Positions 1 to 9,789 of a stretch of DNA of 64,000 nucleotides are shown piece after piece. Where the stretch lies: NCBI GenBank assembly GCA_038087875.1, contig CM075998.1, positions 1,240,001-1,304,000 on the forward strand, read 5' to 3'. A program made the translations under genes and the position numbers. This DNA comes from Malacoraja senta. Its lineage: Eukaryota. Positions within the stretch are counted from its first letter, which is position 1. The number at the start of each line of letters is the position of its first letter. The notes below the pieces were generated by a model that saw only the letters and a list, made by a program, of their open reading frames with translations, had not been told where the DNA came from and made no database searches.

Positions 1-139
1 ATACGTGATTACAATCATGCCGTCCACAGTGTACAGATACAGGATAATGGGTATTTCATTTAGTGCAAGATAAAGTCCAATTGAAGATCAAAAGTCTCCA
101 ATGAGGTAAATGGGAGGTCAGGACTGCATTCTTGCTGGT

Positions 140-1900
140 GAGAGATCGGAGTATTGGAGGGAAATTGATCGACTGACCAAATGGTGTCAGAACAACAACC
201 TTGCTCTCAATGAACTAGTTGTATACTTTGGAAGAGGAAGGACGAGGATCCACAAACCTGTCTTCATTGACGGGATGGCGGTGGAGAAAGTCAAAAGCTT
301 CAAATTCCTGGGCCTGCTTATCTCTGAACTGTCTTGGAACCAGCACATTCATGCAATCATAAAGAAAACCGACCTACACCTCTACTTCCTTAGAAAATTG
401 AGGAGATTTGGTGTGTCAACAAATACTCTGCTGAAGTTCTGCAGGTAGAGTGCATATTGACTGGTTGCATCATGGCCTGGTTTGGCAACTTGAACGCCCA
501 GGAATAAAAAAGATTGCAAAAGTGATGAACACTGCCCAGTCCATCACGGGTACTGACCTCGCCACCATCGAAGGGATCTACAAGAGTCGCTGCCTCAAAA
601 CGACAGTCAGCATCATCAGAGACCCACACCACCCTGGCCACACTCATTACACTCCTGTCATCAAGAAGAAGGTATTGAAGCCTGAAAGCTGTAATGTTCA
701 GGAGCAACTTCTTCCCTACAACCATCAGGCTATAAAACATTACAACCTCCAAATAATAATAATAGATTTTATTTTAAGGGCACCTAATACCGAGGTCTCT
801 AGGACACCTTACAATTTAAGAAACATATAAACATATAATCAGAGTAAAACAAGTTATAAAGACATCACAAATACACAAATTCAAAACAGAAATTCGATCC
901 AAAAAAAGACAACAACAAAATTCAGAAAACACAACATGAAGGGAGAGCAGCGGCAGCCAAACCGCGCCAGCGTACACTCTCCCTTCCGCCCGCCATGTTG
1001 GACATAGACTAACACAGACACTTAACACTACACAGAAAATCATCCCCCCACAATGGTTACCACTGTGGGGGAAGGCACAATGTCCAGTCCCCAACCCAGT
1101 TCTCCCCAGAGTCAGGCCCATCGAGGCCGCCACAGTTGCCTCAACGGAGGCCCGATGTTCCTGGCCGTCGGGAGAGTCCTCGTAGCGGCTGGAACGGCCG
1201 GTTTCCCAGCGGAGTCCATGGCACTTGAAGCCGACATGGCCGCACCGAGTTGGAGCCACGAGGCTCCCGATGTTAAAGTCGGCGCCACCGCCCGCAGCCC
1301 AGAGGTGTTGATCTCGGCGGTCACTGCATACCGGAGCTCCACCGCGGCGACCCAGGCAAGGCATTGCCCGCTACGCTCCCCGATAGCGCTCCAGCGCTGT
1401 GCCGCCGACCGAAGGTGCTGGGCGGTCCCCGCCAGGAAACGGCGCTCCTTGCCCGCTGGTAGGCCACGAGGATGGGTCGACGAGGCAGCCCGGAGAAAAA
1501 GCTGCCTCACCGACCAGGTAGGGACCTAGAATAAAGTTATCCCCACTCACCCTACACTTAGAAGTAGATTTCTCCAGCACACTGGACAATAGATAGACTA
1601 AAACTATTAAAAAAGGTGATTTAAATGGACGGCTGCTGGTTAGCAGCCGTTCCCCAACATGGCCCCTCCTCCTCTAGCTTGAGGCTCCAAGTTATATAGA
1701 CTTGGGGGTATTATATAATTTTTTATATTTTATTTATATATGTATGTATGTGTGTGTATATCTATTTATTTATTTATTTATTTATTTATTTGTTTATTAT
1801 GGATTTGTACGGAGTACTATGTTTGCATATCTGTTGTGCTACAGCAAATAACAATTTAATTGTCCTGTTTTGGGATATATGATGATAAACACTCTTGACT
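140..1900 (+). mobile_element. Rex1/Babar-type LINE 3' fragment, interrupted by the 752-1674 insertion
   Basis: Degenerate RT C-terminal peptide EIDRLTKWCQNNNLALN...VEKVKSFKFLG...LYFLRKLRRFG, IIRDPHHPGH; 3' UTR resumes after 1675. Confidence 0.75.
752..1674 (-). mobile_element. GC-rich non-coding retroposon with L2-like 3' end and (ATT)n tail
   Basis: Minus strand ends TGTAAGGTGTCCTAGAG...AATAAAATCTATTATTATTATT; CpG-rich body with no recognisable protein; splits the host LINE. Confidence 0.6.
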
Positions 1901-2190
1901 GTCTGGGCACAACTCTGCAATTACTTGCTGTCTTGGGTGGAGCTGTTTCCAAACAATGCTGTGATGCATCTCAATAAAATGCCTTCTACAGTGCATCTTT
2001 AGAAGTTGGTGAGGGTTGTTGGGGACATGCCGAACCTCCTGAGCCTTCTAAGGTGTTGATGTGCTTTCCTGACCATTGCTTTGATGTGGCTGGTCCAGGA
2101 CAAATTGCTGGTGATATTTGAAGAACCTGAAGTTTTCGACCATCTCTACTTTGGCACAATCAATGTATACAGGGGTGGTCTCTTCTGTGT
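1900..2190 (-). mobile_element. Rex1/Babar-type LINE fragment
   Basis: Reverse complement of the same RT C-terminal region as 140-750. Confidence 0.6.
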
Positions 2191-2755
2191 CCTGCTTTAT
2201 CTTTGTTTAGTCTCTTTAACATTTTCAACAAATTAACAAATGAACTGAGATTATTAGCTTTGCCATTGTCACAATGCATGACATTGTTTCCAAAGAACCC
2301 TTCAATGGAGCAGCCCCAATGAAAACACTCTTGTCTTGGTTTGATGTTCTCTGCATAAGACTGCTGCCTGGTCCAGCATGTTATGATGAGCTGAGGCTTG
2401 TTCGTATCTGCACAGTTCCGTGGCAATTTCCAAAATGTTAGCCATAACCCAAAGACATTGCATTCACATTTTGGTAGTGTGTAACCTTCGATGAACTCTG
2501 GGTTTCTGGTGCAGAGTGATCTGGAGCTTGTAGTGTCAATTACAATCTTTTAACACACCCATGGTCATTATATACAGAAATTCTCTGAAATATTAGATTA
2601 AAAATAAAAAGGTCACTTTTGGCAGCTTGCTGCCGATAATCTTTACCATCCCCTCCATTTTACATCCAATGCTAAATCAATGATTGTCCAGATCTCAACA
2701 CTGTAGAAGTGGACACTGGGATACAAAGCAGAAACAAACACCTCTCTAAATTTAC

Positions 2756-2950
2756 CTGTTGATCTTGATTTTAAATGTCTACGTTGAAGGCGAAACAGGG
2801 CTTTGGATAGGAAATATAGATAATCTATGCAGGTTTGGGAGGAAGCCAGGCTAGTTTGCACCTTCAAGTTAACTTCCGCAATCCATTCTGTTGACAATTT
2901 CTCAAGTTCTTCATCCTCCTCCATCTCTTCTTCATCAATTAAAATTTGAT
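2756..2950 (-). CDS. FAM186-like coding exon 3
   Basis: Acceptor atgcag|AT, donor G|gtaaat, 195 nt open frame. Confidence 0.78.
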
Positions 2951-5900
2951 CTGCATATCACGTGAATAACATTAAATTAATTTTTCCAAAACACCAGGCT
3001 ATTGCATTTAGCTATATGTTTCAGGATAAAAGATCACACTTTCACAATGTTCCTTTTGAGCCTATTAAGGCAAAGGATGCAGTACATGTGACGCGCTAGA
3101 TGCTTTCAAAACTGAGCAACATCACTGTCGAGCACTGATAGGTCACATAGCGCAGAAGGTGCGATGCAGAGTAAAGCATCCACTATGCTGCCAATTATAT
3201 ATATTTCCAGGCTGGGGCCAGCATTGATTAGATCCAGAGTTAAGCTCCATTTATGCTCTTGTCAAATATTCCCAGGGCAGGGACAGCACAGGTTAGATGC
3301 ACAGTAAAGCTTTGATCCCATCAAACACTCCCAGAGCACAGGTGAGACACAGATGAAGCTCACACTCCTTCTTGCCTCTCCCCATCTTACCCCCTGCTTT
3401 TGTTCTCAAGATTCAGAAGAAGTTTGTTGATTTCTACTGGGGATAGAACATGGTCTCTGTCACGGTTCTGATCTTATCCAGATTTCGATTCTCTACCATT
3501 GGATTCTTTAGGAATACCTGTAAACATCCTCCCAGATGGTGTGCTCTGGTAACATTTTTTTTGAAGGGGGCACTGCCTTTATGGGCATTGCTTTCAGGGT
3601 GATGTGTAAATACCGTAGATGAGCATGACCCATGCCTCTCCTAAGACGTTGCCTGCCTTTTACCAAGACCGTTTCAGAGTCTTGGACATGTTTTTCACCA
3701 TTAGAATGCTTCTCCACTGAAGGAGTGCACTCTGACTTTCTGCAAGGCTGGAACATGGGAATGGATGTTCCATTGGAGGAGCAAGCCTTAACGCCAAAGC
3801 TAATTGGTCATGGGATCTCCTCATTAGTCCGCTTCTTGTCCTGGCCAAGGTGGCCACTTGCATGTACAGGCAGCAGGAGCTGGATGTTCTACCTGTGATG
3901 ACTAGCTGCCCATTGAGGTTATGCTTGTGCCCAGATGTGCCTGGGCTGGGAGCGCACATTTTCTGCAGTTTCGCTGGAGACCATCTGTGACTGGTGGGAC
4001 TGCAGCTTGGACAGGGGATGTTTAAATGTTTTTGTTACTTTTAATAAAGTTATTTATAGAACAGAAAACAACACACACACACACACACACAGAATGTAAA
4101 AACTAAATAAAAAAAGTTAAAAGGAAAAAAAAAGTTAAATAGAGAATCAAGCTCACTGTAGAAAATATGTTAGATAGTCAAGCTCTCTATAATGTCCCAA
4201 CAAATGTTCCAAAGAAAAGTAGAGCAGCGAGTAAAGTTGGACAAAGTGTAAAACCAATATTATATACAATCCTGTCAGTTCCCTAAATTAGTTAAAATTG
4301 CTTGGGGTGGATGATTGCAACCTTCACGTGGTCCGCCCTGTTTCGACGAATGCAATCAACCCGGTGTGCACAATCAAATAAGATCAAATAGAACAAGTTG
4401 TCCTACAACTTTAGGCTGTGCACGCCATATACGCAAGAAGAAGAAGTTAAAATTGCTTCATCTGTGTGTAAAGCCACTGGAGACTGACGAGTTTATATTC
4501 ATCACCTACTGCTGTCTGACAGCCATTGGAGAATAAACTTTAGGATTTCCTCTTTGATGCTTGTGCTAGTTGCAAACTCCGTGATTGCATCTGTCAACCA
4601 CTCCCTTTCCTTTTCCTCAGAGGCAAAGGAGACGTTTCGCATTTGGTGGTGGTCACATCTTGCGCTGTTCAGTGCTAAATTAACTTTTTCCAGGATGTCT
4701 TTTAAGCGGTCCGCAACTTCCTGTTGGCAAATATTAAAAGGAGAGATCAAAAGGAGTTAAATGTGTAAGCAAATGGTTCAATAAATCTTGGTCATTTTGT
4801 TTGAAATCTCAATCAAAGCCATTAGTTTTAGAGACCCCCAAATCACTTCCCTTATCCTACCTGTGTCTCTGGTGTTTAAAATGAAAAATAAAGTGATTGT
4901 ATTTCATTAAAGAATTACTTGCATTTATAGGTTTAAGTTTACTATTGTCATGTGTCACTTTGTTTTGCATGCTATCCATATTGATCAGATTTCCCATACA
5001 TAAATACAATCAAGTCAAACTCAAGTATAGCGCAAAGGGGAAGATACAGAGTACAGAATACAGTTCTCAGCACTGCATTGTAGCACTCCAGTTCCATAGA
5101 CAAAATCCAATGCCCACAATGGGGTACATACAGGTGAATTTGTGTCCTAGCTAGGGTCAAGCATAGGGTTTTTTTTTAATCGTTTCAGATCTTTTCACTA
5201 ATTATGGTGTGTACCTACTACAAATGCTGGGCAGGTGCACTGATGTTCCTGTATTGAATCATAGTTAGACCACAGGGTGACCACTGGTCACCATATTATA
5301 TAAAAGGGTAAAGGACACTGGAGAGGATGAAGAGATTTACAAGGATCATCCCAGAAATGTGAGGGTACATCCAAGGATGAACAGATTAGATCATTTGCTG
5401 CCTGTCCCGCTGAGTTACTCCAGCATGTTGTGTCTATCTAGTTCTGATGAAAGTTCATTGACCTTAAACGTTAATTCTGTTGCTTCACATATACTGAATG
5501 GCCTGATGCCGTAGTTTCAGCATTTTCTGTTTTAAATTCAGATTTCGAGCATCTTCTGTATTTTGCTTTCGGAGCAACACGGAGATTAATGGACGCGAGG
5601 TGAAGGCAGGAGTGATTCAGAGAAACGGCAAATGAGGACGATAGATGAAGGTGGGACCGGCCAAGGTGTTAGTCTTCCTGACCTCTGCCCAGACAGGCAG
5701 CCACCAGGAAGGCTCGTGAGCAATTTCCCAGGCGAGTCGCCTTCAATTAATTAATCCACTTCTGGCCAAGAGACGCTGGGCGCATAGAGACTGAATTGGT
5801 GGATCGACCCAAATTCTCGCGCTCACTGGTTTTGAAGCTGTAACGAGTGTAACTTCGCTGATCGCTCTCAGCTGGAGTATTAACCCGTGAGATATAAATA

Positions 5901-6273
5901 TTGTTTGGATGCTGGTGGGGGTAGTGTTATATTCATCTTTTTTCATCCTGTCAAGGAATACTTTAGCATAATATGTTACAATGGCACAAAGGTGCTGAAG
6001 ACCATCGCGGGGCGTTTAGTCGAAAATAGATGTCATTACGAAGGTAAGTCAGAAATCATTCTTTTAAATTTGGGATGACATGAAAAAAAAAAGTGTTTTT
6101 ATTCTCTCTTGAAAACTGATCACATTTTCCGCTGGTAATTATTTTACCTGTCTTGCACGAACCAGCTGTGATGCCTCGATTTTTCCGATAGCCCGTTTGA
6201 CTGCGGCGGAGAGTTCGCAAACGTTTCCCCTGGCCATCAGAACAGTGTCGCAGGTCTCCTCACAACTGTCCAT
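2756..6273 (-). CDS. FAM186A/FAM186B-like protein, 5' portion (three coding exons; remainder not identified in the window)
   Basis: Exons 6273-6148 (ATG; MDSCEETCDTVLMARGNVCELSAAVKRAIGKIEASQLVRARQ), 4720-4510 (EVADRLKDILEKVNLALN...KEEILKFILQWLSDS) and 2950-2756 (NQILIDEEEMEEDEELEKLSTEWIAEVNLKVQTSLASSQTCIDYL...) have GT/AG boundaries and compatible phases (0, 1, 1). The peptide resembles the recalled human FAM186B N-terminus (SVKAIILRIEAAQLTRAQEDISTQLSDILDNVN...KEKHLYDILRWLGDWG...EWIEVTEKVLPLSLIATKRGIESL). A versus B paralog not resolved. Confidence 0.8.
3150..3365 (+). repeat. Degenerate ~65-bp tandem repeat (GGTTAGATACAGAGTAAAGCT core)
   Basis: About four units: gatgcagagtaaagcat, gatccagagttaagct, gatgcacagtaaagct, gacacagatgaagct. 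Confidence 0.55.
3500..4060 (+). mobile_element. Degenerate Tx1/L1-like LINE 3' fragment
   Basis: LPAFYQD-type motif at ~3649 and an AATAAA-containing 3' end followed by A-rich sequence. Confidence 0.4.
4304..4357 (+). ncRNA. Predicted minimal HDV/CPEB3-like self-cleaving ribozyme
   Basis: P1 GGGGUGG/CCGCCCU with G1-U wobble, P2 GAUUGCA/UGCAAUC, P3 ACC/GGU, L3 UUCACGU, then GU-UUCG-A-C-GAA with candidate catalytic C4347. Confidence 0.8.
4304..4444 (+). mobile_element. ~140-bp non-autonomous retroposon (SINE-like) with HDV-like ribozyme head, copy 1
   Basis: 14-bp TSD AGTTAAAATTGCTT (4290-4303, 4445-4458), (AAG)n tail, near-identical second copy at 25384-25524. Confidence 0.9.
4510..4720 (-). 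CDS. FAM186-like coding exon 2
   Basis: Acceptor ccaacag|GAA, donor A|gtaggt, 211 nt open frame. Confidence 0.8.
6148..6273 (-). CDS. FAM186-like coding exon 1
   Basis: ATG at 6273, 42 codons, donor CAG|gtaaaa. Confidence 0.8.
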
Positions 6274-6699
6274 GGACTTAACTTTGAAGCAGCCAACCGG
6301 GCAACAAATCGTTCAAATAGTAAAATAAAATGCCGTGTACACTTGGTGACTTTTCCCTCACAGTGGAATCGCGTCGCCGGCGGGTGAGGGTGTGCGAATT
6401 CCCACATCGTTCTTTACACACTTACAGCCACGTGTCATGAATGAATGATTGTTTACCTGTGCTGACGACAGCGTTGGTCAGAACTTGACATGACGTTTGC
6501 TAGTGTGCATTTCACTGCTAACACTGCAAGTTCTCATGAATTGAAACGTTAATTATCTATTTCTCTCTCCACACGTGTTGCCTGATCTGAGCATCATCAG
6601 CATTTTCATTTTTTTATTTCGGAATTTCAACATTTGCAGGTTTAGGACTATTGGAAGGTTCTTTGAATAAGTGTACAACGGAATAAACCAAGAACCTGT

Positions 6700-6860
6700 G
6701 CAAGAAAGACGGACCACAAGCCCCAACATGCATTGGACGCCTCACGCAGGCGCTCAGCTTCGCCGGCTGACGTCACGTCAATAAATAGCGGCGATGAGGA
6801 ACGTCGAGCCCATTGTTAGATAGGTTGCTACATAGTAGCGGTTTCGAGCAGGGGCTGCGG
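6700..6860 (+). promoter_or_regulatory. Probable CSRNP2 core promoter: full CRE, tandem half-CRE and TATA-like box
   Basis: ATTGG (reverse CCAAT) 6732-6736, TGACGTCA 6768-6775, CGTCA 6776-6780, ATAAATA 6781-6787 in a locally CpG-rich stretch. Candidate non-coding exon 1 donor G|gtaaat at ~7374. Confidence 0.6.
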
Positions 6861-8333
6861 CAAGTCAATTTTACCGGCAGATTTCATCCAGTCCCCGACC
6901 CCATCCCACCCCCTACCCGCACCTACCTCCAAGCCATTGCCTTCCCACCACGCTGATCAGAACAAACGCAAACACTTCTACCGACCAAAAAAACCACTTT
7001 CATTAACGCAGATCTGTTTGGAAAAGGGGCTGAATATATATATTTATATGCACAGAATATATTTACAGAATAAATATATACATATATATTATATATATAT
7101 ATATATATTTATTCTGTAAAGACTGCTCTGGAAAAAAGAAGACTCGGCTAGACAAGCGCCATTTAAATCCCTGTACAGCACTTAAGTAGAAGGGAACCTG
7201 ACGATTATAATCTACACTTAAGGTAGGGAAATTCCTTTTTTGTTTGTGCCTTATTGTTAATCCGTAATTACAAGGATGGCAGAACGTTGTTTTTTTTTGC
7301 TGCTGTTTAATGGTCGGGCTGGCTATAAACAAGCCTTGACACCGTTTATGATGCGGTTTCCGGGATAGTCGCCGGTAAATTTTCGTCAGAGCCAGTGATC
7401 AGTTGATGAATCATGTTGTGTTAAATGCCACCTCTTTATTTATCTTTTTGGAGTGATATATTGCCCTGTTAACCAGTAGCTGTGCAAGTCATCAAACACA
7501 ATTCTTTCGTAATTACAGTTTTTTTGGGGGAAAAAGTCAGCTGCAACATAGTACGTGCATTCTTCTGCTGATACCTGGTAAACTACGGTGAAACATACGA
7601 CATTTGGTTGCTACCTGCTGTTCCTTTCTGAACTCTACATATCTCCGTATGTTATATTTCTCTGTATATTTAGAATCATTTTTTGCTCCGCCTTGATTAA
7701 AATTTACATCGATCACATTCTTTGGTGTAAACTCACTAATAGTTAATTTGGTGGAATGTAAACAAGGAGCGGTGGTACTGTAATTATTGGTCCCTATGAA
7801 TTAGATGGTTCCGCTGGTTTTATGGTTAACTAATGTATTTAAAGGTCTTGGGGAATGTAATGGGGCGTACACTACTGTATACTCTCACTGTATAATTGTG
7901 GTTTAGGCTTTTGTGTATTAATTTCTATTGTAATGCTGTGCTGACCCCTTTGGCAGTGCTTATTTTTTTAAATCTTTTATCCCACTAAAGCTACTGTTAA
8001 GACGTTCTGCAACTTTTAAGTGTAATTTTTGAAATTTTGTGCAAGGACTCTTAGCTAGCTTGTTTATAATGGATTCCTGCCCGAGGGCAGCACACAGCTG
8101 TAACACTGAGCAGCAACAAAATGGATACAATATTAATCGGTCCATCTCCAGTTTCTTAATCACTGAAATGAAGTTTTATTTAGCAAGGACGCCATGCCCC
8201 ATTTTGATAGATTTGGCTTCGGTGCCTCTTAATTACAAAACATACAACTGAAGCTGCTCGGAGGTTGGGGGTAGGGGGGTTGGGGATGGTGTTTGTTCCT
8301 CAATTTTTTATTAACATAGTAAACATTTCAGCC

Positions 8334-8520
8334 AAGGTACACAAAAATGCTGGAGAAACTCAGCGGGTGCAGCAGCATCTATGGAGCGAAGGAAATAGGC
8401 AGCGTTTCAGCCCGAAACGTTGCCTATTTCCTTCGCTCCATAGATGCTGCTGCACCCGCTGAGTTTCTCCAGCATTTTTGTGTACCTTCGATTTTCCAGC
8501 ATCTGCAGTTCCTTCTTTAA
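8334..8520. mobile_element. Penelope-derived fold-back element (75-bp inverted arms) with 16-bp flanking direct repeat
   Basis: Arms 8334-8408 and 8414-8488 with one mismatch; AAACATTTCAGCCAAG at 8321-8336 and 8528-8543. Confidence 0.8.
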
Positions 8521-9789
8521 CTCTTTAAAACATTTCAGCCAAGTAGTTGTTGTTCTCTGCAATCAGGATCACTGCTTACTTTGGGAGATGGAACTGGGAA
8601 TCTCTTGATCCTTGTGTAATCCCTTGCACTTTCTGCAGAACATTGAAAACCAGTAGTCTTGCAGGTGAAGTCTTGAATGACTTTTAGTGTGTTTGCTGCA
8701 GAGAATCAGAAGACTGTAGGTAAGAGAGAAGGATTCACTACAGGCTATCGGAGTGCCTTCATTGCAAACACCTTGAGTCAATTCAAAGTCATACCACCAC
8801 TCAGGGTAACTAGAGAGGAGGCAATAAATGTCAGCATTGTTTGTATTCCCTGAGCAAGTTTGCATCTTTGGCAGAGTCAAGAGTCAGGATACCCACTTGG
8901 CTGGACAAGAATGCTACTGTGCTTGCTCGATGTTTATCCATTTCTCAAAGCAATGCCACAAGTCATTTATTTCATTGTTTGTAATACTTAATGGACAAAC
9001 ACATGTTGCACAAGTGGAATCGTATCAAGTGAACTTGTTACAGATTAAAGTTTCTGTTAGGGATTGTAACCAGGAGGAAGATGAGCTATGTTGGTTGAAT
9101 GGTTGAAAATCAATAACAATTGTGTTTTTAAATTGGGAAAACATCGTAATGTGTCTTAAGTGATCTTAATATTAAAAAAAAGAAAAGATCCTGAACCGCG
9201 TATTGGGGGAGATGACCCAAAGCTTCATCAGCGAACTAATAGAGGAAGGGGATTTCAGAATTTGCGTCCTAAATGCTTTTAAACGTGGCCCTAAAAATTG
9301 GCTAAATGAAGCTGGGGAGAAATGCAAAAAATGTTTGGGCTTAAAATTGTGTATTGTTGAAATTACAAGTTTCCTTTGGGGCTTTATTATGGTTCCTGTA
9401 TGATTGAGAAGCCTGCAAAGAAATAACATTTGTATTAGTAAAATGTCCTGAGATGCTTCTTGAATGTCAATTTAAAAATTGTCATCAGGCACAAGAACTT
9501 AAGACTTGGTCAAAATAAGAGCTCTGAAGGAGTGTCTTGACAAAAGGCATGGAGTTCATGAAGGTGGTGGATGGAAAAGAGTCCTATTTTTGAATTGCAC
9601 CTCCTTGCTAATGCTGGCAAGAAAGCTGGCCAAAGTTGCACCCTCCAGCCGCGTGTGAATGCAATGGACAGAAAAAAATCCTGCCACTTGAATAAGAGAG
9701 AGAGTCAAGAGTTTTATTGTCATATATGTACCAAAATGGAACAATTAAATTAAAAGCAAAGCAAAACTCAGTCCTAATTCCCTTGTACA

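Noticed and set aside
816-1589. Overlapping ORFs of up to 182 aa on both strands
   Set aside because: Stop-poor GC-rich retroposon body; no recognisable domain or splice structure
2160-2426. Minus-strand ORF as a possible FAM186-like exon 4
   Set aside because: No similarity to the expected FAM186 continuation; runs into a LINE fragment
4304-4360. tRNA-derived head for the 140-bp SINE (GTTTCGAC resembles a B box)
   Set aside because: No cloverleaf or convincing A box; the HDV pairing accounts for essentially all positions. Weak Pol III activity cannot be formally excluded.
7036-7110. (TA)n-rich tract in the presumed CSRNP2 5'UTR, and (TTTA)n/(CA)n tracts at ~1760 and ~4070
   Set aside because: Ordinary microsatellites
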